Of a DNA stretch of 24,000 bases, positions 1 to 7,993 are shown in pieces. The notes beneath the pieces are model-generated. The model had not been told where the DNA came from and made no database searches. It saw only the letters and a program-made list of their open reading frames with translations. The stretch's first letter is position 1, and each line of letters starts with the position of its first letter. The DNA comes from Candidatus Omnitrophota bacterium (GTDB lineage Bacteria > Omnitrophota > Gorgyraeia > B26-G9): contig JAHJAO010000113.1 of NCBI GenBank assembly GCA_018813905.1, forward strand, positions 1-24,000, given 5' to 3'. The position numbers and the translations under genes are program-made.

Positions 1-3000
1 AATCTATATGCTGTTTGTGATGTTTGGGCAGAAAAAGTAAAAAAACGATTAGATGTTTTAGATTTTGTTGAATTTGCCGAAGTATTACAAATCGGTTTTC
101 ATTGGTTTTTAATCGTAAAATTTAAAAATAACGAGCAACTATATACATTCGATCGCACGATTGGACAATTTTTGACGCAGGAGGAAGGGATATTAAGACA
201 ACAGATAGTGATGATGAATAATTTTGTGGAATTAGATGAGATTAAAGATTTTGTCGAGGTTAATCGGAACGGCTTTTATGGGAAGGCAATAGAACATCCT
301 TTGGCCAGGTATATTTTTAGCGAAGAGTATATGCAACGCGGTGATGATCTAAGTTATCTTGCCCCATTATTAAAACGTTATCAGTTTTATACCCAGCATA
401 ATCTTGATGCTGTTTCGGAAAAAGAAAAAATTATAACGGCAATGATCAGGATCTTGCAATATAACAATATAAGTTTGTCAAAAGACAGAGAATTATCGTT
501 TTATTTGAGCTCAAACGATATGGGCCAAATATTGATACTCGATGGAGTTAAAAAACCAAGACAATTTAAATCAGATGGCAAGGTTTATGTTTTCGGGAAA
601 GATAAGATTCCCCCGGGTTTTGGCAAAACTATAAAAAAGATGGAAGAATCTTTCAAACACATCTCTTTACCTAAACAAGATGTGATTTTGTCAATGAGTA
701 AAGATGAATCGTACGCATTTGAAAAACTGACAAATTTCCCAGAAGAAGTTATAGATTCGGTTTTTTCATCATCAGAACAGATCTTGCGCAAAATCAGCCC
801 ATACTTAAAACAAGTAACGGCAATTTTAGAAGTATATAAAACTAAAAAAATAATCAGTCATTATTACCTTTCGGGAAGTTTTTTGCGGGGATCTTTGGAG
901 GGAGAAGATATCGATCTTGCTATTGATTTTGCCTATTATCATGACCCGGATGTTGTCCGCGGCTTGTTAGAACGGGTAAATGCAATATCCAAACAGGCTG
1001 GACATAGATTCCACATCACTTTGCAGGCGTTTGGTTATGAGTATGAAATTCGAGACGGCAATATTGTGCCTACGGGAAAGGTAAAAGCCGAAAACATATT
1101 GGGACGCCTGAAAAATCCGTATGAGAAAAGCCTGTTACGGTTGGATAACCTAAAAGCTTTGCCTTCACCTGAAGAATTTTTTATAAACATTTTACACATG
1201 TGCCGCGGATTTGATTTTGCGCAGAATAATCTGGAGTTAATAACATCTACGGCAAAAGAGAATGAAACAAAGCACGAAAAGATAGTGAAAGAAATTAGCC
1301 TGTATTTGAAACAGATAATAGAGATTTTAAAAAGATATCAATCCGAAAGGATAATCACCCGTTATTATCTGACGGGGAGTTTTTTAAAAGGCGGATTGGT
1401 AAAAGATGGAGATATTGATATTGCACTTCTTTTGCGTTCTTACAATAGGCCGGATGCCATAAAAAGATTGCTTCAAGAAGTGGAAGCTATTGCTGAAAAA
1501 TCTCCTTACAAAATTCATATCACACCACAGGCTTACGGTTATGAATATGAGTTTAAAGAAGGCAAGTTTGTTCATACAGGGGTAATCCGATCAGAAGAGC
1601 TGTTGACGCGTTTACCTAGCCCCCAGAGGCAAAGCTTGCTTAGGCTGGATAATTTAGAAATACCGTTTTTGCCGGATGAATTTTTCTTGAAAATGATGCG
1701 CAACTGCCGCGAGTTTGATTTTACGCAGAACAACTGGAAACTGGTTTCGGATAAAAATAAAAGCAGAAATGATCACAGCATTTATAAAGAGGATCTAGAA
1801 TCCATAGATCCGGCTGTACGCCTGAAAGCGGCGATTGTGCTAAAAAAACAGGGGCAGGAAAATTCTAAACTTGCTAAGATTTTTCAAGATTCGGCATCCA
1901 ACAAAAATTTAACCTTAGATGAACGGCTGAAAGCGGCAGAATTTCTATCGGAATCGGAAAAGGAAAAATTTTCATTTGAGTTAGGGATGGACGAACAACA
2001 TTCTTTGCGTATAGATAGCGGGGAAGAAAAAGATTTTAAAAAGCTAACTCTGGAATTGGCTACAAGGGAAGAAACAGCTAAAATTATAAAAGGGATACCT
2101 GGGATAGAACCACAGTTAGCCGCTGAATTTATAAGTAGAATGCAGCAAATTAACTGGCATGCTCAAGAGCTTGAAAAAACATTGCAGGGGGTTGGGTATT
2201 TTAATGGCGAGTGGGAGAAAGAGCTCAAGGAAAGGCTCGAATACGACTATGATGTGCCGTATGAGGCTTTAGATATGCTTATCAAAAGAGATCTCCCGGC
2301 AGAAGTTATTTTTTCACCCCTGCAATATCTTTTTGCGGCGTTAATTGCGCAAGAAGTTATCGGCAAATTAAGGCAAAACAATGCCGTTATATTGGAAGGT
2401 GACCGTGAATGGTTTTTGTTGGAAGCGTTTAAGAGCGTGGAGGAAAAAATGCTTACATCTTTGGCCGAGGCAGACGAAATCAAAGATGTTTTAGGCGATA
2501 AATGGAAAAATTCAACCGCGACAAGTCGTACGATCGATATATTTGAAGGTTTAAAAAGTCTCGGTCTTTATACAAACCGATACAAATTGGATGTTGAGTT
2601 GGAAGCGGTACTTGGCAGTGCGGGTAAATTCATCGCCCGCGCCTATGATGATAGCGGCCAAGCAGAATTTGCCCCGGGGCCTTGTTATGACCAGAGGGGA
2701 GTATCTATTGGGATAGAGAGTAACTTAGGTAAAAAACAGGATTCTATTCACATAAATCAGGGAGTAAAGTGGGCATCAAAATATATTTGGGCTGCTTATC
2801 TTGCTATGTACACTCATATAAAAAATGAAACTTTTACTCCGGTAAAATTCGACTATTATTACAGGCAGTTGGTTAAAGATACGAATAAGTTTAACAATAT
2901 GAACCATCGTATTTCCTATATTGGGGTTTGGGTTAAAGATATCAGAGATTTAGCCATGATCCTGGAAATTTTTATTCCGTTAAGTATTGCACTCGGCAAT

Positions 3001-3366
3001 TATATGGATCAAAAGGATATGGCGTTAGCCCGCATTTTTAGAGATTTTCGCAAGGAGATAGAAAGCATTATCCGCAAACAGAATGATGTGCAGTTGGACA
3101 GAGAATTTTTTGAGCAGGCAAGGATGGTAAGGTTCGTCGAGCTGGTATCGGCTAATAACCGCGATAACGATTTTTATAGGGACTTAAGCCGCTTAATTAC
3201 AGATACGCTAACTAAAATCGAAACTCATCTGGCGATGAAGAAAAAAGAAAAGGATTATCCCGTACAAGAATTATCCGGAAGTATTGACCATGCTTTTGAA
3301 GCAAAACAATTACCTAAACTTTTAACCCCGCAATATCCTTATGCGCTTATCGAACAAGCAATTTAG
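1..3366 (+). CDS. Large multidomain protein, 5' end outside window; two tandem nucleotidyltransferase-like modules plus a long uncharacterised C-terminal region
   Basis: Frame 1 is open from base 1 (NLYAVCDVWAEKVKKRLDVLDFVEFAEVLQIGFHWFLIVKFKNNEQLYTFDRTIGQF...), so the TTG at 172 in the ORF track is probably not the start. Two copies of YYL(S/T)GSFL(R/K)G...(E/G)DID(L/I)A resemble the Pol-beta/MNT nucleotidyltransferase motif. Confidence 0.75.
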   Translation, partial: NLYAVCDVWAEKVKKRLDVLDFVEFAEVLQIGFHWFLIVKFKNNEQLYTFDRTIGQFLTQEEGILRQQIVMMNNFVELDEIKDFVEVNRNGFYGKAIEHPLARYIFSEEYMQRGDDLSYLAPLLKRYQFYTQHNLDAVSEKEKIITAMIRILQYNNISLSKDRELSFYLSSNDMGQILILDGVKKPRQFKSDGKVYVFGKDKIPPGFGKTIKKMEESFKHISLPKQDVILSMSKDESYAFEKLTNFPEEVIDSVFSSSEQILRKISPYLKQVTAILEVYKTKKIISHYYLSGSFLRGSLEGEDIDLAIDFAYYHDPDVVRGLLERVNAISKQAGHRFHITLQAFGYEYEIRDGNIVPTGKVKAENILGRLKNPYEKSLLRLDNLKALPSPEEFFINILHMCRGFDFAQNNLELITSTAKENETKHEKIVKEISLYLKQIIEILKRYQSERIITRYYLTGSFLKGGLVKDGDIDIALLLRSYNRPDAIKRLLQEVEAIAEKSPYKIHITPQAYGYEYEFKEGKFVHTGVIRSEELLTRLPSPQRQSLLRLDNLEIPFLPDEFFLKMMRNCREFDFTQNNWKLVSDKNKSRNDHSIYKEDLESIDPAVRLKAAIVLKKQGQENSKLAKIFQDSASNKNLTLDERLKAAEFLSESEKEKFSFELGMDEQHSLRIDSGEEKDFKKLTLELATREETAKIIKGIPGIEPQLAAEFISRMQQINWHAQELEKTLQGVGYFNGEWEKELKERLEYDYDVPYEALDMLIKRDLPAEVIFSPLQYLFAALIAQEVIGKLRQNNAVILEGDREWFLLEAFKSVEEKMLTSLAEADEIKDVLGDKWKNSTATSRTIDIFEGLKSLGLYTNRYKLDVELEAVLGSAGKFIARAYDDSGQAEFAPGPCYDQRGVSIGIESNLGKKQDSIHINQGVKWASKYIWAAYLAMYTHIKNETFTPVKFDYYYRQLVKDTNKFNNMNHRISYIGVWVKDIRDLAMILEIFIPLSIALGNYMDQKDMALARIFRDFRKEIESIIRKQNDVQLDREFFEQARMVRFVELVSANNRDNDFYRDLSRLITDTLTKIETHLAMKKKEKDYPVQELSGSIDHAFEAKQLPKLLTPQYPYALIEQAI
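826..1233 (+). other. Nucleotidyltransferase-like module 1 (within large ORF)
   Basis: HYYLSGSFLRGSLEGEDIDLAIDF...HITLQAFGYEYE...SLLRLDNLKALPSPEEFFINILHMCRGFDFAQNNLEL; boundaries approximate. Confidence 0.6.
1303..1749 (+). other. Nucleotidyltransferase-like module 2 (tandem copy)
   Basis: RYYLTGSFLKGGLVKDGDIDIALLL...HITPQAYGYEYE...SLLRLDNLEIPFLPDEFFLKMMRNCREFDFTQNNWKL. The GSF motifs of the two modules are 501 nt (167 aa) apart; boundaries approximate. Confidence 0.6.
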
Positions 3367-3384
3367 TTCACAGTTGACAGTCCC

Positions 3385-3451
3385 CTCAAACATTTACAAA
3401 AGTAAATGTTTGAGCTGGCCCCTTAGAGATTTACTTTTTGTAAATCTCTGA
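3385..3451. repeat. Two adjacent intergenic hairpins
   Basis: CTCAAACATTTAC-AAAA-GTAAATGTTTGAG (3385-3414, perfect 13-bp stem) and AGAGATTTAC-TTTTT-GTAAATCTCT (3425-3449, extendable by a wobble and a T-A pair). Confidence 0.8.
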
Positions 3452-3507
3452 GATGGAGTCCTCGTAAGAGGGAGTCCTTGGGGGGGGGCAGTCGTTGGAT
3501 TATAGAT

Positions 3508-3542
3508 TAACTCATAACTTATAATTCATAATTTATAACTCC
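3508..3542. repeat. Degenerate heptamer array (TAAYTYN x5)
   Basis: taactca/taactta/taattca/taattta/taactcc in strict 7-nt register. Confidence 0.65.
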
Positions 3543-3553
3543 CCACTTATATC

Positions 3554-3582
3554 TTGCCTTATTTTTCCTGAATTGCTACAAT
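3554..3582 (+). promoter_or_regulatory. Putative sigma70-type promoter for the GH116-like gene
   Basis: TTGCCT (3554-3559), 17-bp spacer, TACAAT (3577-3582), about 24 nt before the ATG. Confidence 0.5.
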
Positions 3583-3605
3583 AAATTTTATTACAGGACA
3601 AATAT

Positions 3606-5765
3606 ATGCCGCTTTATAATTCCAAGCAAAAGATAAAATCCGGAGTCCCCCTGGGCGGGATCGGTACGGGGAAATTGGAAATTACCCCGTACGGCACTAT
3701 TGATTATATAACCTACCAGAATAACTGGACAAGACCCATCGAGAACAAGGACAATAAGGAAAAAGGAAAAACACAGGGAGTAACCGGTTTCCATTTCGGC
3801 TTGTATGTGAATACCCAGCCCGCAGTTATCTGTAAGCTCCTGCAGACGGAAAAAGTAGAAGGTTATAACACCGTAAAACAGATTAACTACCGCGGATTTT
3901 TCCCCCTCGCGCAGCTCGCTTTTGATGCCGGCAATCTGCCGGTAGAAGTTTTACTTACGGCTTATTCTATTTTTATCCCCGGAGATTTAAAGCATTCGAG
4001 CCTGCCGGCAGCAGTGTTTGAGTTTGAACTGAAGAATAAAGTGCATAAAGAAATCGAAGCCGGTATTATCTGTATGGGCCGCAATCTCATAAGCAATAAT
4101 TCCGTAGGCCGTTACAATATGGTGCGCCGGGAAAAGGGGATTGCCGGGATAAACTTTTTGCATAAAAAACCTCTAGCACATGACACGAGGGCGGGAGACG
4201 TATTCATCGGCGTTGGCTGCGGCAGCGGCGAGATAAGTTATCTTGGGCAGTGGAATATGCAGACTGAGAACTTTTATTTTGAGCCGAAAGTGAAGCTGGC
4301 GGCTTTGGAATATTTTGAAAAGGATGCTACCTTACCCAATTTAAACCAGAAATCTCCGTCGATGAGCCAGAGCGTAGAGCTGGGCGGGGCGGTTGCCGTG
4401 AAGTTTAAGCTAAAACCCAGCCAGCGCAAAAAAGCTTCGTTTATCCATAGCTGGTATTTTCCCAAAAATTACCCCGGGCATTTTTATGAAAAGAATTTCC
4501 GAAACAGCGTAGATGTGGCTGTGTATGTGAATAAACACAGAGATTATTTGAAAGAAGAGAGCCTAAAATTACCGAATATCCTAGATGAAATGGGATTAGA
4601 AGATTGGTTAAAAGACGCGTTAATGAATAATCTTTACCCGCTTATTTCTTCCAGCTGGTTTACAAAAGGCGGCGATTTTACCATGTACGAGGCGCCGCTT
4701 ATCTGCCCGCTCATGGGGACTTTGGATGTGTATTTCTACGCCTCGGTTGCGATTGGCCTGTTATTTCCGTCTTTGGATAAGAAGGCATTGCTGTTATTTA
4801 AGAAGAATATACGCAAAGACGGATATGTGCCGCATGATATCGGCTACGAACGCATGGACCTGCCTTCAAACGGCACGACGATGCCGCTTTGGAAAGACCT
4901 CAATTCCAAATTTATCCTGCTTAGCTACCGCGCGTATGTAGACTCCGGTGATTCGGCGTTTTTGAAAGAAATGTATCCGGCTTTAAAGAAGGCGCTCGAG
5001 TGGAATTTGAGTTTAGATAAAGATGGAGATGGATTGCCGGAAAACGAGGGGTTTGATACGACTTTTGATACCTGGGATTTTAAAGGGGCGAGCTCTTATA
5101 ATTCAAGCATATTTTTGGCGAGCCTGCTCGCGCTTAAAAAGATTGCCGAACTGCTCAAGGACAAGAAAACAGCTAAGAAATGTATTCGTCATTTTGTAAA
5201 AGGCAGAGAAAGTTTTGATGAGAAGCTTTGGAATGGGAAATATTATATTACGGCCCGCAGTAAAAATGAGGCGTATGAGTCTTGTATGGTCGCCCAGCTT
5301 GCGGGGCAATGGTACGCATATCTGGTCGGTTTAGGCCGGATATTCAGTCCGGATAATATCCAGAGCTCGATAAAGTGGATTTTTAAGCTAAACGGGAAAG
5401 ATTCGCCTTTTGGCGCGACAAATTCGGTTTTTGAAAATAGAAAAAGGGACGAACGTACCTACCACTCTAAAAACATCTGGCCCGGGGTTTGTTATTCCTT
5501 CGCGGCTTTGGCGATATACGAAGGTTTTGTGAAAGAAGGCTTGAAACTGACAAAAAAAGTGTGGGATACGATAGCGGTAAAGAACAAAAATCCCTGGAAC
5601 CAGCCGGACGTGATTATTTCTAAGGACGGCAGTTTTGGGTTTGGCGATTATTATATGAGGAATTCTGTAATCTGGGCCGTACTTTTAGCTTTAGCGGCAA
5701 AAGAGAAAAGAGTGGAATACGGTATCCGCAAGATTAGGGCGTGGGCGCGTGCGGCTAAGCCTTAG
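3606..5765 (+). CDS. GH116-family (GBA2/bile-acid beta-glucosidase-like) glycoside hydrolase, predicted cytosolic
   Basis: N-terminal GVPLGGIGTGKLEITPYG and C-terminal DGDGLPENEGFDTTFDTWDFKGASSYNSSIFLASLLAL are typical of GH116; no signal peptide seen. Confidence 0.8.
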   Translation: MPLYNSKQKIKSGVPLGGIGTGKLEITPYGTIDYITYQNNWTRPIENKDNKEKGKTQGVTGFHFGLYVNTQPAVICKLLQTEKVEGYNTVKQINYRGFFPLAQLAFDAGNLPVEVLLTAYSIFIPGDLKHSSLPAAVFEFELKNKVHKEIEAGIICMGRNLISNNSVGRYNMVRREKGIAGINFLHKKPLAHDTRAGDVFIGVGCGSGEISYLGQWNMQTENFYFEPKVKLAALEYFEKDATLPNLNQKSPSMSQSVELGGAVAVKFKLKPSQRKKASFIHSWYFPKNYPGHFYEKNFRNSVDVAVYVNKHRDYLKEESLKLPNILDEMGLEDWLKDALMNNLYPLISSSWFTKGGDFTMYEAPLICPLMGTLDVYFYASVAIGLLFPSLDKKALLLFKKNIRKDGYVPHDIGYERMDLPSNGTTMPLWKDLNSKFILLSYRAYVDSGDSAFLKEMYPALKKALEWNLSLDKDGDGLPENEGFDTTFDTWDFKGASSYNSSIFLASLLALKKIAELLKDKKTAKKCIRHFVKGRESFDEKLWNGKYYITARSKNEAYESCMVAQLAGQWYAYLVGLGRIFSPDNIQSSIKWIFKLNGKDSPFGATNSVFENRKRDERTYHSKNIWPGVCYSFAALAIYEGFVKEGLKLTKKVWDTIAVKNKNPWNQPDVIISKDGSFGFGDYYMRNSVIWAVLLALAAKEKRVEYGIRKIRAWARAAKP

Positions 5766-5808
5766 AACCACGCGTAAAATACCCTTTCTGAATTTCTTAC
5801 CCCAAAAA

Positions 5809-5837
5809 TTGAAATTATCGACCAGATATGATATAAT
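5809..5837 (+). promoter_or_regulatory. Strong putative sigma70-type promoter for smpB
   Basis: TTGAAA (5809-5814), 17 bp, TATAAT (5832-5837). The smpB ATG begins 9 nt after the end of the -10. Confidence 0.7.
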
Positions 5838-5845
5838 TTTCCCCT

Positions 5846-6301
5846 ATGAAAAATAAGGTAATTGCCAGCAATAAGCGGGCAACAGTTAAGTATGATATCC
5901 TGGAAAAATTGGAGGCGGGGATAGAATTAAAAGGCACAGAGGTAAAGTCTCTCCGCCTTAACAAAGTTGATTTAAAAGACAGCTTTGCCCGCGTAAATAA
6001 TGGCGAAGTATATCTGAATGATTTATATATAAGCCCTTATGATAAAGGAAGTTACGCAAATGTAGAGCCGAGACGAGCCCGAAAGCTGCTTTTACATAAA
6101 AGAGAGATCAATAAATTAGTTGGAAAAATAAATCAAAAGGGTTATACTCTTATTGCGCTGTCGCTGTATTTTAACGAGCGGGGTAGGGCCAAGGTAGAAC
6201 TCGCGTTAGTTAAGGGGCGGCGGTTATATGATCAACGGGAAAGAATAAAGAAAAAAGAAGTCGAACGTCAATTGCGTAAAGCAAAAAGTTTTAGGATATA
6301 G
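5846..6301 (+). CDS. smpB: SsrA-binding protein SmpB
   Basis: VIASNKRATVKYDILEKLEAGIELKGTEVKSLRLNKVDLKDSFARVNNGEVYL...NVEPRRARKLLLHKREI...LVKGRRLYDQRE; adjacent to tmRNA. Confidence 0.97.
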   Translation: MKNKVIASNKRATVKYDILEKLEAGIELKGTEVKSLRLNKVDLKDSFARVNNGEVYLNDLYISPYDKGSYANVEPRRARKLLLHKREINKLVGKINQKGYTLIALSLYFNERGRAKVELALVKGRRLYDQRERIKKKEVERQLRKAKSFRI

Positions 6302-6365
6302 ATGAAAAATGCAAAATCGGCAATTAGTGTTTAAATAAAATTTACAAGTTGTTATTTGATATATT

Positions 6366-6795
6366 GGGGGTGACAGGGTTCGACTTGAGCTGATTTAATA
6401 AGAGCAGCATGTCGAGGTGGTCAGGAGGCCTCGTTAAACACCTGGCATATAAATAAACGCTGAAACAAAAGTTCCAGCAACAGTAGATGCACTACTTAAG
6501 AAAATTGGTGAGGGTATCTCTCATCCAGTTTTCGGAGTAGCGCCGCTACTGCCCAGTGTTGTCTTAAGATAAGGCAACCCGCTTTTTAATCTGTGTCTGC
6601 GGGGTTAAAAAGCGTCGTTAGCAGGCTCGTCTGGCTTGGTTTGCTTTTGACAAGCCGGGTTAAATTTCCAAAAGCTGCCTCTTTAATATCCTGTCTGCTG
6701 GTAAACTAGAGAGAAAGATTTAAAAACAGACTAAGCATGTAGATACTCTTATGGGTTACTTGAGGACGCGGGTTCAATTCCCGCCACCTCCACCA
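6366..6795 (+). ncRNA. ssrA: Transfer-messenger RNA (tmRNA)
   Basis: 5' GGGGGTGACAGGGTTCGAC, GCAGCATGTCGAGG...GGCCTCGT, and 3' GACTAAGCATGTAGA...GGACGCGGGTTCAATTCCCGCCACCTCCACCA. The 7-bp acceptor stem GGGGGTG/CACCTCC pairs with one G-U; CCA is encoded. Sits directly after smpB. Confidence 0.95.
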
Positions 6796-6831
6796 TATAT
6801 GTGAACAAAGGGAATTGAACCCAAAAAAGGA

Positions 6832-6862
6832 TTTTAAGGGAAAAGACTGTTTTCCCTTAAAA
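6832..6862. terminator. Perfect 13-bp hairpin between ssrA and amidase gene (possible terminator or regulatory hairpin)
   Basis: TTTTAAGGGAAAA-GACTG-TTTTCCCTTAAAA; not followed by a long T-tract on the + strand. Confidence 0.5.
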
Positions 6863-6867
6863 GTTAT

Positions 6868-7992
6868 ATGTCTGAAAAAAATAAAATATCATTAAATCAC
6901 AGATTGTGTCAGATTTTTATTCTTATCTTTATCGGTTTGTCCATCAGCGGCTGCGCTACTTTGGGGCGGATTTCGCCTTCGGACAAGCAGGTATTGAAAC
7001 AGGCGATAAAGCTGGAAGGGACCAGCTATTTACCGTTATCTATAGTCTGCACGCAATATCGTTTATCCTGGGAGTGGGACGGATTTTCAAGCATTATCAG
7101 CGTAAAAAATTTTGAGTATAAGCTTAGATTGTACATAGATAATTCCTTAATATCTTATAACGGACAGATCTATGATTTAAAAAATCCGGTGCGGATTCAT
7201 AACGGGACGATTTTTGTGCCGTTTTCTTTTTCCCAGTTGTTTTATCGGCAGGTGAGCCCCGCAAAGAAAAAAGAAGACAAGTACGAAAAAGGGTTTACCT
7301 TTAAAAAGATTGTCATTGACCCCGGGCACGGGGGTAAAGACCCGGGCGCTATTGGTTGGGGCGAGGTTATGGAAAAGGACGTGGTTTTTGATATTAGCCG
7401 ACGACTCAAAGATATCCTGGCTAAACATGATATTGAAGCAATTTTAACGCGGCAACGCGATGTGTTTATTCCGCTTAAAGAGCGCGCGCAAGTAGCAAAC
7501 AAGGCAAAAGCAGATTTTTTTATCAGCATTCACGCTAATGCCGCGCAGGCGGCAAAGGCGACAGGTTTCGAAGCATATTATCTCTCAGCAACTCATGATG
7601 ATTTGGCGAAGGCCGTACAGATAAGAGAAAATGCGAGCGTGCAATTTGAAGAGAATAATGACTACAAACATTCTAACGATCTAAACGCCACTTTATGGGA
7701 TATGATTTTTACCGAGAACAGAATTGAGTCCATAGAAATGGCCTATGTTGTTGCGGATGAGTTAAAAAGGATTTTAAAGCTTAAAACCCGCTATATAAAG
7801 GGTGCGATGTTTTATGTGTTAAAAGACGCCCATGTACCGGCAGTTCTGCTCGAGGTCGGGTATTTAACCAACCGCACGGAATGCTCTCGTCTGGCGAATG
7901 CCTATTATCGGCAGATGTTAGCGGAGACAATTGCTGCGGGTGTTTTGGCTTATAAGAAACGCTTTGAACGGACAAACGGTTTTCGGAGATAA
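6868..7992 (+). CDS. N-acetylmuramoyl-L-alanine amidase (Amidase_3/AmiC-like), predicted lipoprotein with an N-terminal substrate-binding-like domain
   Basis: Lipobox-like LSISGC; catalytic-domain motifs IDPGHGGKDPGAIGWGEVMEKDVVFDISRRL, FISIHANAA and AVLLEVGYLTN. Confidence 0.9.
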   Translation: MSEKNKISLNHRLCQIFILIFIGLSISGCATLGRISPSDKQVLKQAIKLEGTSYLPLSIVCTQYRLSWEWDGFSSIISVKNFEYKLRLYIDNSLISYNGQIYDLKNPVRIHNGTIFVPFSFSQLFYRQVSPAKKKEDKYEKGFTFKKIVIDPGHGGKDPGAIGWGEVMEKDVVFDISRRLKDILAKHDIEAILTRQRDVFIPLKERAQVANKAKADFFISIHANAAQAAKATGFEAYYLSATHDDLAKAVQIRENASVQFEENNDYKHSNDLNATLWDMIFTENRIESIEMAYVVADELKRILKLKTRYIKGAMFYVLKDAHVPAVLLEVGYLTNRTECSRLANAYYRQMLAETIAAGVLAYKKRFERTNGFRR

Positions 7993-7993
7993 A

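Noticed and set aside
7931-7993. Upstream start of the murI ORF (track start 7931)
   Set aside because: The extra N-terminus (MLRVFWLIRNALNGQTVFGDK) overlaps the amidase 3' end, and a good SD precedes the ATG at 7994.
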